From: an uncultured delta proteobacterium
Lineage (GTDB): Bacteria > Myxococcota_A > UBA9160 > UBA4427
Direction of reading: 5' to 3'
Assembly: GCA_963822965.1 (NCBI GenBank)
Contig: CAWGJT010000012.1
Coordinates: 352,001 to 416,000, forward strand
DNA: 64,000 nt
Under the pieces are notes generated by a model. It searched no databases. It saw nothing but the letters and a program-made list of their open reading frames with translations, and was not told the DNA's origin. The stretch's first letter is position 1. The number at the start of each line of letters is the position of its first letter. The position numbers and the translations under genes are program-made. Shown in pieces: positions 20,187-29,259 of the stretch.

Positions 20187-21245
20187 TCAGCAGCGGGCGC
20201 CGCGGCCGGCGCCCGAATCCAACGCGAGGGCCGCATCCGCGGCCGCCAGCAGGAAGACCGGGTCGGGACACGCTTCGTGCTCGCGCAGGCAGGCCTCGGC
20301 CATCTTGATGGCGTGCTCCTGCAGCGAGCAGGCCGCGCGGTAGCGGATCTCCGCCGGGTCGCGGGCCAGGCGCTCGACCTCGGCGGACGGCGCGCCCGGC
20401 GTGCCATCCGCCGACGAGACCGCATGCAGGGCCAGCGCCGCCTGCAGCCCGTAGCCCACCGCCCGAACGACGTCGTCCGGATCGAGATGGGGCGCCAGCA
20501 GCCGCAACGCGCTGGGCGCGGTCACGCAGTGCACGTAGGCGATGCGGGCCTGGGGGTTCTGCAGGTAGAGGCGCGCGCCGATGCGACACAGGGCATGCAC
20601 GGCCCCCGAGGCGTCGGGCTCGCCGGCGAACGCCTCCACCGCGACGGCGAACGCCGGCAGCTCGTCGAGCACGCGCACGGCGTCGAAGAAGAAGCCGGGC
20701 CGGCGCAGGCCGGGCGGCACGCTGGGCGCGTGGGCAAAACGATCCTCGACGCCCTGCCCCGCCACGCCGTGCAGCCCCGGGCGTCCCGGCAGGCGTTGGT
20801 GGCGCCCTGCCCAGTAGGCGAGACCGTGTGCCAGCTCGCGGCACCGGACGGGCGTCTCCTCCTCTTCCAGCCCTCGAACCGCGTGAGCGGTTCGCAGCAG
20901 GCCGTGGGTCGCCCCGGCGAAGAGTCCGTCGAGCAGCGGCGGCACCCACTCCCGCAGCACGGCCCGCCAGGGCCCTTCCCGCACGGCCATCTCCGCGGTC
21001 GCCACCCAGTCCGGCAAGCGTGCGGGATCGCCCCGGGCCGCTTCCCGCCCGGCCGCCGCGATCGGCTCCCCCACCGCCAGGGGTGGAAGGCGTGGCGCGT
21101 AGACGTCGATCAGCCCCTCGACGAGCGCAGCGTGCCCCAGCCGGACGAGGGCCTCCGCGGCCATGGGACCGTGGTTGGCGAGACCACCCGCGTACTCGAG
21201 AGCGGTCTTCTGGAAGCGCTCGAGGGCGTCGTCGAGATCGGGCAT
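20187..21245 (-). CDS. Questin oxidase-like protein
   Basis: GLANHGPMAAEAL, ATHGLLRTAHA, VHCVTAPSA, EHAIK. Confidence 0.7.
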   Translation of the reverse strand: MPDLDDALERFQKTALEYAGGLANHGPMAAEALVRLGHAALVEGLIDVYAPRLPPLAVGEPIAAAGREAARGDPARLPDWVATAEMAVREGPWRAVLREWVPPLLDGLFAGATHGLLRTAHAVRGLEEEETPVRCRELAHGLAYWAGRHQRLPGRPGLHGVAGQGVEDRFAHAPSVPPGLRRPGFFFDAVRVLDELPAFAVAVEAFAGEPDASGAVHALCRIGARLYLQNPQARIAYVHCVTAPSALRLLAPHLDPDDVVRAVGYGLQAALALHAVSSADGTPGAPSAEVERLARDPAEIRYRAACSLQEHAIKMAEACLREHEACPDPVFLLAAADAALALDSGAGRGARC

Positions 21246-21443
21246 CGCGGAGGGAATCCTGTCGCTGTGCGGGCATGCGCTACAGTCGCAGTCCACCCGG
21301 CTCGCGTCCAGCGAGCGATCCCGCCCGATGCCAACGGTGTCCCGGAGAGAGCCGCGGGAGCCTGCTTCCAGCGGGACGAGGCCGGCCGGAGCGGACGCAA
21401 GAGACCCGGTCGGGCGCCACGAACAGGCAGGAAGGGCTCCAGC

Positions 21444-22541
21444 ATGGCTGCATCCATCTCCGAACAGCAGATCCTCGAAGCGCTCCGGCCCATCGTCGAT
21501 CCCGACTTCAACAAGAGCATCGTCGAGCTGGGATTCGTGAAGAACGTCCGGATCGACGGCGGCAGGGTCGCCTTCGACATCGAGCTGACCACCCCCGCCT
21601 GCCCGGTCAAGGCCGAGTTCGAGCGTGCCGCCCGGGAGCGCGTGCAGGCCCTGGAAGGCGTCGGCGAGGTGTCGGTGAACATGACGTCCCAGACGCGCTC
21701 CAGCGTGCCCGCGAGCGCGGAGGCCGTGCTGCCCGGCGTGCGCAACACCATCGCCGTAGCCTCGGGCAAGGGAGGCGTCGGCAAGAGCACCACCGCCATC
21801 AATCTGGCCCTGTCGCTGCGCGCCCGGGGTGCCAAGGTCGGCGTGCTCGACGCGGACGTCTACGGGCCCTCCCTGCCGCTGCTGACCGGCGTCTTCGAGC
21901 GCCCCACGGCGCAGAACAAGCGCATCTATCCCCTCGAGGCCTACGGGCTCGAGCTGATGTCCATGGGCTTCTTCCTCACCGACGAGTCACCGGTCATCTG
22001 GCGGGGACCGATGGTGCACGGGCTGATCAAGCAGTTCCTGACGGACGTGGAATGGGGCGAGCTCGACTACCTGGTGATCGACCTGCCGCCGGGGACCGGG
22101 GATGCGGCGCTCACCCTGACCCAGATGGCCCCGCTCTCGGGCGCCGTGATCGTCACCACCTCCAACGATCTCTCGCTCGTGGACGCGCGCAAGGGACTGC
22201 GCATGTTCGAGAAGGTGGAGGTGCCGGTGCTCGGCGTGATCGAGAACATGTCCTACTTCACGCCGCCCGAGCTGCCGGACAAGAAGTACTACCTCTTCGG
22301 TCAGGGAGGCGGCAAGCGCATCGCCGACGAGCTCGGCGTCGACTTCCTGGGCGAGGTTCCCATCGATCCGCGCGTGGTGGAAGGCGGCGACAAGGGGCGC
22401 CCGATCGTCATCCACGCTCCCGATTCCCACACCGCCGAGGCGTTCCGGAACCTCGCCGCCGTGATCGCGCGCAAGCTCGCCGTGCTGGCCACGAAGAAGT
22501 CGCCGGTAGCCGACGCGAACATCACCTGGGTGCAGAGCTGA
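21444..22541 (+). CDS. apbC: Mrp/ApbC Fe-S carrier ATPase
   Basis: LTTPACP, SGKGGVGKST, DADVYGPS, WRGPMV, DLPPGTGD, IENMS. Confidence 0.92.
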   Translation: MAASISEQQILEALRPIVDPDFNKSIVELGFVKNVRIDGGRVAFDIELTTPACPVKAEFERAARERVQALEGVGEVSVNMTSQTRSSVPASAEAVLPGVRNTIAVASGKGGVGKSTTAINLALSLRARGAKVGVLDADVYGPSLPLLTGVFERPTAQNKRIYPLEAYGLELMSMGFFLTDESPVIWRGPMVHGLIKQFLTDVEWGELDYLVIDLPPGTGDAALTLTQMAPLSGAVIVTTSNDLSLVDARKGLRMFEKVEVPVLGVIENMSYFTPPELPDKKYYLFGQGGGKRIADELGVDFLGEVPIDPRVVEGGDKGRPIVIHAPDSHTAEAFRNLAAVIARKLAVLATKKSPVADANITWVQS

Positions 22542-22607
22542 CGACCGTCTGCGGTCCGACCGGGAGACGTCGGGCCGCACCACGAACGAATCCAGGGGAT
22601 TCGTCCG

Positions 22608-23366
22608 CTATCGATCCGAACCGTGCAGCAGATGGCGGTAGAGCACCGGGGCCGGCCCGACGGGACCCAGGAGGATCCGCTTGCGGTACTCCTCGTAGCC
22701 GAAGCGATCCAGCTTGGTGCGCGGGTCCGGCGCGAAGAACGAGTCGGGCAGCGCCGGGTTGTAGAGCCAGTTCACGTAGTCGATCCGTCCGGTGCGCGCG
22801 CTCTCGCGGTCGTAGGTCTCCACGCGCAGGGGCACCGGCGGATTCGTCGTCGACACCCAGATCGTCCGGCGTCCGTCGTCGTTGGTGAGGCGGTAGACAT
22901 CGACGCTCTGCCCCCGGGACTGCTCGGTCCCGACGAGCTCGCCGCCGTTGGCGAGCAGCTGCTGGAGCTCGTTCGCGAAGGGACGCTCGCGCTTCGCGTC
23001 GAGATCGCGCGCCGCTTGGCTGCGCTCGATGGCGATGCCGTTGCCCGCGGTGTCGTCGATGACGTAGTAGGTGGTGCGATCGACGATCGTCACGAGGCGA
23101 CGTCCGGCGATTACCGCCTCGGATCGGAAGAGCGGCCCCTTCGACCAGAAGTGCACCATCAGGAACCCGCCGCGCTCGTCCTCGGCGACGGTCGCCGCGT
23201 ACCAGCTCGAGACGCGCTTCCTCGAGGCGGCGGGCGCCGGGGCGGCCTTCTCCCCCGCAGCCGCCGCGGCGGGCTTCGGCGGCTGCGGATCGGCGGCCCG
23301 CGCCGGCGCGGCCCACAGGGCCAGCAGACAGGACGCCGCACAGAGGGCAGGGAGGGCGTTCTTCAC
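22608..23366 (-). CDS. Exported hypothetical protein (possibly LolA-like beta fold)
   Basis: Signal peptide, beta-rich, LPDSFF motif; coupled to upstream gene. Confidence 0.6.
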   Translation of the reverse strand: MKNALPALCAASCLLALWAAPARAADPQPPKPAAAAAGEKAAPAPAASRKRVSSWYAATVAEDERGGFLMVHFWSKGPLFRSEAVIAGRRLVTIVDRTTYYVIDDTAGNGIAIERSQAARDLDAKRERPFANELQQLLANGGELVGTEQSRGQSVDVYRLTNDDGRRTIWVSTTNPPVPLRVETYDRESARTGRIDYVNWLYNPALPDSFFAPDPRTKLDRFGYEEYRKRILLGPVGPAPVLYRHLLHGSDR

Positions 23367-24616
23367 GGCGGGCTTCCCTTCGTCTCCGGAACGGCCACGC
23401 GCGCCGCCGGCGGCAGCAGGCTCGAAATCGCGCGACCCTCCATCCATGCCGGAACGCGCGCCCCGAGGAGCGCCAGCACGGTGGGGGCCACGTCCAGGTT
23501 GGAGACCACCCCCAGCCGCGAGCCGGGAACCGCGCCGCGACCGAACGCCACCAGGATCGCGGCCATCTCCGGCACGTCGGGCGGGTATCCGTGGAAGCCC
23601 ACCAGGTCGAGGCCCTCGTGGACCACGGCGACGCCCCGCGGCGCCACCACCACCACCGGTCCGAAGCGGGGGTTGTGGACGCCCAGGGAATCCGGCGCCT
23701 GCTCGCGTCGCCAGGCGGACAGGCCCTGGGCGCGGGCCACCCGGACGGCCTCGTCGGCCGCCCCGTCGTCGACGAGAACGCTCACGAAGCCGCCGATCCC
23801 CACCACCCGCGCCTCGACGCCGGCCTTCCGGAGCGCCGCGCCGAGATCGACCCGACGCTCGGGCACCAGCATGCCGTGGTCCGAGACCACGAGCAGCGTG
23901 GTGGACTTCCACAGATCGCGGGTCGCGATGCCGTGCACCAGAGCCTGGAGGGCCTCGCTCTGCGCTCGCAGGGATCGCACCACCGCCTGCGAGTCCGGTC
24001 CCTCGTGGTGACCCGCATGGTCCGCGCCGTGGAACCAGGTGGTGACGAGCCGGGGTCGCTCGGACTCCGGGAGGTCGAGCCAGGCCAGGATCTGCTGGAC
24101 CTTCTCCGCCTCGCCGGTCTCGCTCGAGAAGGGCTTCCAGTAGCGAGGGGCCTCGCCCCCCGGCCACGCGCCCTCGGAGCCCACCCAGTAGTAGGAGGCG
24201 GACGCGATCCCCTGGCGTGCCAGCAGGGACCAGATGGGCTCCACCTCGATCCAGGTGGGGATCTCCTTCTTCTCGAAGAGCCCGCGCTTCGGATCGACGA
24301 AGGTGTTGTCGACGATGCCGTGGCGCTCGGGCGCGACGCCGGTCACCAGAGTGACGTGATTCGGGAAGGTATTCGTGGGAAACGCCGGCACCAGCCGCTC
24401 GGCGCTCGCGCCGCGCGCCGCCAGGTAGACCAGCGCCGGCAGGCGCTCCTTCGTCAGGTCGGCGGGCCGGGTGCCGTCCATCGAGATCAGGATGACCGTG
24501 GTCGGCGGCGACCCACCGGGCGCGGGAGCTGCCGCCGGAACGTCGGCCGCGGGCGCTGCGGCCCACGCGAGGCACACGCCGGCAATGGCGGCGGTCAGGA
24601 GCGGGATGCGCCTCAT
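23363..24616 (-). CDS. Ectonucleotide pyrophosphatase/phosphodiesterase (alkaline phosphatase superfamily)
   Basis: ISMDG, PTNTFPNH.T.VTG, DHAGH, VSDHGM, GFHGY. Confidence 0.9.
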   Translation of the reverse strand: MRRIPLLTAAIAGVCLAWAAAPAADVPAAAPAPGGSPPTTVILISMDGTRPADLTKERLPALVYLAARGASAERLVPAFPTNTFPNHVTLVTGVAPERHGIVDNTFVDPKRGLFEKKEIPTWIEVEPIWSLLARQGIASASYYWVGSEGAWPGGEAPRYWKPFSSETGEAEKVQQILAWLDLPESERPRLVTTWFHGADHAGHHEGPDSQAVVRSLRAQSEALQALVHGIATRDLWKSTTLLVVSDHGMLVPERRVDLGAALRKAGVEARVVGIGGFVSVLVDDGAADEAVRVARAQGLSAWRREQAPDSLGVHNPRFGPVVVVAPRGVAVVHEGLDLVGFHGYPPDVPEMAAILVAFGRGAVPGSRLGVVSNLDVAPTVLALLGARVPAWMEGRAISSLLPPAARVAVPETKGSPP

Positions 24617-24642
24617 GGGGGCGGATCTTACCATCCAGCGTC

Positions 24643-25440
24643 ATGCGGATCGCGCTCAGCATTGCCGCCTCGGATCCGACCGGCGGCGCCGGTCTACAGG
24701 CCGACCTGCGGGTGTTCCAGCACCTCGGCGTGCACGGCGCGGGGGTCGTGACGGCGCTCACCGTCCAGGACACCCGGCAGGTGCACAGCGTGCTGCCCGT
24801 CTTCCCCTCCGTGGTGCTCGCCCAGCTCCGTACCCTGCTCGCGGACGTCACGCCGCACGCCGTCAAGATCGGCGCCCTCGCCTCCGACGACGTGGTGCGC
24901 AACGTGCGGCTCGGCCTCGAGGCGCTCGCGCAGCCCGTGCCGGTGGTGATCGATCCCATCCTCTTCGCCAGCAGCGGCAGGGCCCTGCTGGAGCGCCGCG
25001 CCTGGGGCGCCCTGCTGGAGCTGATGCGGGGCAGCGCGCTCGTCACCCCCAACCTGCCCGAGGCGGAGGCGCTCAGCGGCACCGACGTCTCGAGCCGTCG
25101 CGGGACCGAGAAGGCGGCGCGCTTCTTCGTGGAGGACCTGGGCGCCCGGGCCGCGCTCGTGAAGGGCGGCCATCGCGAAGCCGCGCAAGAGTCCGTCGCC
25201 GATCTGCTCGCCGTCGCGGGCGAGGCCGGCGACGTCTCGTTCCGGTGGCTCGAGACGAAGCGGATCGCGAGCGGCCCCGTGCACGGGACAGGCTGTGCGC
25301 TCTCGTCCGCCATCGCCGCCGGGCTCGCCCGGGGCGAGAGGCTGGAGGCGGCCGTCGAAGCGGCCCGGGCGTTCGTCGCCGCCGGAATCGCGGCCTCGTC
25401 GCCCGCCGGCGCCGGCGCGCGATTCCTGGTCTACCCGTGA
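24643..25440 (+). CDS. thiD: Hydroxymethylpyrimidine/phosphomethylpyrimidine kinase
   Basis: SDPTGGAGLQAD, TPNLPEA, LVKGGH, HGTGC. Confidence 0.92.
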   Translation: MRIALSIAASDPTGGAGLQADLRVFQHLGVHGAGVVTALTVQDTRQVHSVLPVFPSVVLAQLRTLLADVTPHAVKIGALASDDVVRNVRLGLEALAQPVPVVIDPILFASSGRALLERRAWGALLELMRGSALVTPNLPEAEALSGTDVSSRRGTEKAARFFVEDLGARAALVKGGHREAAQESVADLLAVAGEAGDVSFRWLETKRIASGPVHGTGCALSSAIAAGLARGERLEAAVEAARAFVAAGIAASSPAGAGARFLVYP

Positions 25441-27266
25441 ACGAGGCCGTCCCGCCGCCCTCGGCGGCCCACGTGGAGTACACCCGGCGCAGGGAGGCGC
25501 ACCGGGCCGTCGCCGAGCGCCTCGCGATGCGGGACCGTCGGCTCTCGAACGCGCGCCTGGCCGTCTTCGGGGCCGGCGTCGTGCAGGGCTTCTTCACGTT
25601 CGGCACGCGTCATCTCGACGCGCTCTGGCTGCTGCCGACGGTGGCGCTCTTCGGAGCGCTGCTCGTCCTCCACGACCGCATCATCCAGGCCCGGAGCCGC
25701 GCGGAGCGATCGCTGGCCTTCTACGAGCGCGGGCTCGCCCGGCTCGAGGACCGCTGGTCGGGGAGCGGCAACTCGAGGCGGCGCGACGACACCGTCGCCC
25801 ACCCCTATGCGGAGGACCTCGATCTCTTCGGCGAGGGCTCGCTCTTCGAGCTGCTCTGCACGGCCCGCACGCCCGCGGGCGAGGAGAAGCTGGCCGGCTG
25901 GCTGCTGGCCCCGGCCGCTGCGCCGGAGATCCACGCCCGCCAGCGCGCCGTCGACGAGCTGCGCGACCGACTCGACCTGCGCGAGGACCTCTCCCTGCTG
26001 GGCGACGACGTCCGCTCGCAGCTCGATCCCGCCGCGCTGATCCAGTGGGGAGCGACGGCAGGCCGTCCCATCGGCGTCGCACCGCGCATCGTGGCTGCCG
26101 CGGCCACGGCACTCGCCCTGGCGGCGGCCGCTTTGGCCATCTTCACGGCTGCCGGAATCTTCCCCCTGCTCTTCGCCCTGGCCCTGCAGGCGGGCGTCGC
26201 GATGGCGGTGCGGGGCCGGGTGCTCCCCGGCCTGCGGGGCGCCGCCGAAGCCACGCGCGACCTCGCGTTGCTGGCGGGGCTGCTGGCGCGCCTCGAGGCG
26301 GAGCCCGTCTCCGCGCCGCGTATGCTGGCCCTGCGCGAAGCCCTCTCGAGCGAGGGCCGCGCACCGTCCCAGCGCATCGCCCAGCTGCAGCGACTCGTCG
26401 ATCTGCTCGACGCCCGACGCAACCAGTTCTTCGCGCCCATCGGAGCCCTGCTGCTCTGGGGCACGCACCTGGGTCTCGCGGTGGAGAACTGGCGCGCCCA
26501 CCACGGCCCTGCGCTCGCGCGCTGGGTCGACGCCGCGGCCGAGATGGAAGCCCTCGCCGCCCTGGCCGCCTACGCGTACGAGCATCCCGCGGACCCCTTT
26601 CCGGAGATCGTCCCGGACGCGGCGGTCTTCGACGGCCGCGAGCTGGGTCATCCGCTGCTGCCCGGCACGCGCTGCGTGCGCAACTCCGTGCAGCTGGGCT
26701 TCGGCGAGCGGACGGCGTGCGAGGGCTTTCCCCAGGCCTACATGGTGAGCGGCTCCAACATGTCCGGGAAGAGCACGCTGCTGCGCACGGTGGGCGTGGC
26801 CACCGTGATGGCGCTGGCCGGCGCGCCCGTGCGCGCCGCCTCGCTCCGGGTCTCGCCCCTGGCGATCGGCGCCTCGATCCACGTGGTCGACTCGCTCCAG
26901 GAAGGCACGTCCCACTTCTACGCGGAGATCAAACGCATCCGGCAGGTGATGGATCTGACCCGGGAGACGCTGCCGGTCCTCTTCCTGCTGGACGAGGTGC
27001 TGCACGGCACCAACTCCCACGACCGTCGCATCGGCGCCGAAGCGGTGCTGCGGGGCTTGCTCGACCGCGGCGCCCTGGGCCTGATCACCACCCACGACCT
27101 CGCCCTCGCGCGGGTCGCCGAAGAGCTGGTGCCCCGGGTCCGCAACGTGCACTTCCAGGACCAGCTCGACGACGGCCGCATGCGCTTCGACTACCGGCTC
27201 TGGCCCGGCGTGGTCACCCGCTCGAACGCCCTCGAGCTGATGCGGGCGGTCGGGCTCGACGTGTGA
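25437..27266 (+). CDS. Membrane-anchored MutS-domain-V ATPase
   Basis: N-terminal TMs; GSNMSGKST, SHFYAE, LLDEVLHGTNS, TTHDL. Confidence 0.88.
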   Translation: MNEAVPPPSAAHVEYTRRREAHRAVAERLAMRDRRLSNARLAVFGAGVVQGFFTFGTRHLDALWLLPTVALFGALLVLHDRIIQARSRAERSLAFYERGLARLEDRWSGSGNSRRRDDTVAHPYAEDLDLFGEGSLFELLCTARTPAGEEKLAGWLLAPAAAPEIHARQRAVDELRDRLDLREDLSLLGDDVRSQLDPAALIQWGATAGRPIGVAPRIVAAAATALALAAAALAIFTAAGIFPLLFALALQAGVAMAVRGRVLPGLRGAAEATRDLALLAGLLARLEAEPVSAPRMLALREALSSEGRAPSQRIAQLQRLVDLLDARRNQFFAPIGALLLWGTHLGLAVENWRAHHGPALARWVDAAAEMEALAALAAYAYEHPADPFPEIVPDAAVFDGRELGHPLLPGTRCVRNSVQLGFGERTACEGFPQAYMVSGSNMSGKSTLLRTVGVATVMALAGAPVRAASLRVSPLAIGASIHVVDSLQEGTSHFYAEIKRIRQVMDLTRETLPVLFLLDEVLHGTNSHDRRIGAEAVLRGLLDRGALGLITTHDLALARVAEELVPRVRNVHFQDQLDDGRMRFDYRLWPGVVTRSNALELMRAVGLDV

Positions 27267-27810
27267 GCCGCGCGATCTCCTGCCATCCCAGCTCGCGGAG
27301 GCGCGCGGCGTTCCGGGCGGGAATGCCCGACGGATCGGGATGGCTGCGCACGGCCCGCGCCACGCTCTCCTCGCGAAGCAGATGGAGCATGGGAACCGGC
27401 GAGCGGTTCGTGGCGTTCGCGGGATCGTCCGCGGAGGCGCCGGCGAAGCGGTAGTCGGGATGGAAGCTCGCCACCTGGAGGGTGCCGACGAGGGACAGCT
27501 TCTCGAGCAGCATGTCGACCACGTCGAGGAAGCGGTTGAAGTCCTCGAAGCGCGCGAGCGCGCGCGGCACCAGCAGAAGGGTGGTCTCGATCCGATCCGC
27601 CGGCTCGCGATCGAGTCGCGTGAGCTCGCGGGCCAGGTCCCCGGACAGGGCCTCGGGGCTCTCGGCCCGGCTCACCGCGAAGCGGACCCGCCCCGCCGCC
27701 AGGGGCTCGGCGGCGAACGGACAGAGCGAGAGGCCGACCACGAAGTCCTCGAGCCAGGCCCGCACGCGTGCCTCGAGGTGGACGGGATCCAGGTCGGCGG
27801 GTTCGCTCAC
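27214..27810 (-). CDS. DUF1415 family protein
   Basis: VVGLSLCPFA, ETTLL, QVASFHPDY.F, TNRSPVPMLHLLRE. Confidence 0.88.
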   Translation of the reverse strand: MSEPADLDPVHLEARVRAWLEDFVVGLSLCPFAAEPLAAGRVRFAVSRAESPEALSGDLARELTRLDREPADRIETTLLLVPRALARFEDFNRFLDVVDMLLEKLSLVGTLQVASFHPDYRFAGASADDPANATNRSPVPMLHLLREESVARAVRSHPDPSGIPARNAARLRELGWQEIARLTRRARPPASARGRSSG

Positions 27811-27836
27811 GGGCCCGAGTCTACGCTCGGCTCTGC

Positions 27837-27873
27837 GAAAGGAAACGGGCCGTCGGCATCGCCGACGGCCCGT
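27837..27873 (-). terminator. Intrinsic terminator
   Basis: 13-bp perfect stem (27845-57/27861-73), 3-nt loop, U-rich tail on minus strand. Confidence 0.8.
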
Positions 27874-28203
27874 AGAAGGAGGCAGGGCCCCGCAGCCCGT
27901 GCCTCCACTTTTCCCATCTCGTTCTTCCTTGCTTGCTCTTGCTTGCGGTCTTGCTTCTCTCGATCTTCGGATCTTCCTTCCGGATCTCCTGATCTCGCGG
28001 CTGCTTCCTCGGCTTCCTTCCGCTGCTGACTCCCGCTTCCGACGCTGCTTCCGCTCGCTCGTGCTGCTTCCGCTCCCCTCTCCCGGCTCGTTTCCGGCTC
28101 GCCGGAAATCCCGCTTCCCGCTTCCGCTGCATCTGTCTCGGCCCGTGCTGGGCATCCGATGCGGATTCGTGCCGGCGCGATGTCAGGAGCCAACGCGCCG
28201 CTT
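27838..28203 (-). ncRNA. Candidate GGA-rich sRNA (CsrB/Rsm-like sponge)
   Basis: Purine-rich low-complexity tract with about 20 GGA, bounded by a sigma54 promoter and a terminator. Confidence 0.55.
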
Positions 28204-28213
28204 GCCTGGAGGG

Positions 28214-28230
28214 AGCAAGTTCCGGGCCAA
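28214..28230 (-). promoter_or_regulatory. Sigma54 -24/-12 promoter
   Basis: TTGGCCCGGAACTTGCT, exact GG-N10-GC spacing. Confidence 0.7.
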
Positions 28231-28317
28231 ATTCCGGAGATCGCTCAAACCGCTTGCAGGCCGGTGGCTTGGCGCGGCGTTCTTCGGATCCGACCGGCGC
28301 GCGGGGGTGCTGCGACC

Positions 28318-28352
28318 GAAAAGCCTTTCATCGAATCGGGAAAATCTTTTCC
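28318..28352. promoter_or_regulatory. Putative enhancer (bEBP) sites
   Basis: GAAAAgcCTTTC and GGAAAAtcTTTTCC palindromes about 115-150 bp upstream of predicted TSS. Confidence 0.5.
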
Positions 28353-28440
28353 GTCGGAGCCCGGCAGGGCTCGTCGTCGACTGGAAGTCCGGTCCCGTCG
28401 CAAGCGGTCGCAGCCGGGCTCGGACGGAATCGGGCGGGCG

Positions 28441-29259
28441 TCACGATAGGTGGAGGTCCTCGCCGTAGAGGTGCAGGCCGAGCCTGGCGGCAACGGCGCG
28501 CGAGGCGCGGTTGCTCCAGCGAGTCGAGTACATGGGCTCGCCGCCCCGCGCCCGGACCGCCCGGGCCCAGGCCGCGACGACGCGGGGGGCGTATCCCCGC
28601 CCGCGGTGGCCGGCGACCGTCTCGACCCCGGCCTCGGCGGCCCCGCAGACGCTTGCTCCGGCGACAGCGAGGGGGCGCGCCGCGCAGCAGAAGGAGACGG
28701 CCGCGCCGTCCTCGACCACCGCGAAGCAGGGCTGGCGGGCCGCCAGCTCGGGGATCCAGTCGGCGAAGGACGGCTCGAGCAGGTGCTCCCGGCCGGGCAT
28801 CACCTCCACCACGGCCGGCGCGTCCCGTCCCGGCCCGCCGGCCGCACGAGTCTCACGCGGAGGAACTTCAGGGGGGATCTCACGGGGAAAGCAGAACGCG
28901 GGCCCCCGCCACTCCGAGCTGACCTCCTCGACGGAGCGCAGCAGCGAGCGCATGGCCTCGAGACGCTCCGGCGGCAGATGCCCGGCCGCCAACGGCGGCT
29001 CCCGGCCCGCGAGCCGCGCCAGCTCGCGGACGACCGCCGGGGCCAGGTCCGCGCGGAACCGCCACAGGTTTCCCAGGCGGGTGCGACCGAGATGAAAGAG
29101 CGGCGACGGCCCGCCGTTGGGCTGGCGGGTCCGCAGCAGCCGTCCGTTCGCGTCGTGCTCGTACAGACAGCGAAGGTGGAGCTCCATCCAGTCGAGGTCG
29201 GTGCGCGGCCGGAGATCCCCGGCGTCCGGAGCCGACCGCCGGGGCGGCGCCGCACTCAC
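28441..29259 (-). CDS. GNAT family acetyltransferase
   Basis: EAGVETVAGHRGRGYA, YSTRWSNRASRAVAARLG. Confidence 0.82.
   Translation of the reverse strand: MSAAPPRRSAPDAGDLRPRTDLDWMELHLRCLYEHDANGRLLRTRQPNGGPSPLFHLGRTRLGNLWRFRADLAPAVVRELARLAGREPPLAAGHLPPERLEAMRSLLRSVEEVSSEWRGPAFCFPREIPPEVPPRETRAAGGPGRDAPAVVEVMPGREHLLEPSFADWIPELAARQPCFAVVEDGAAVSFCCAARPLAVAGASVCGAAEAGVETVAGHRGRGYAPRVVAAWARAVRARGGEPMYSTRWSNRASRAVAARLGLHLYGEDLHLS

Noticed and set aside
27807..28193. Protein-coding ORFs (103-128 aa) in the purine-rich tract
   Set aside because: All three minus frames are open simply because T is scarce; no clear RBS, and the ORFs run through the terminator. Not fully excluded.
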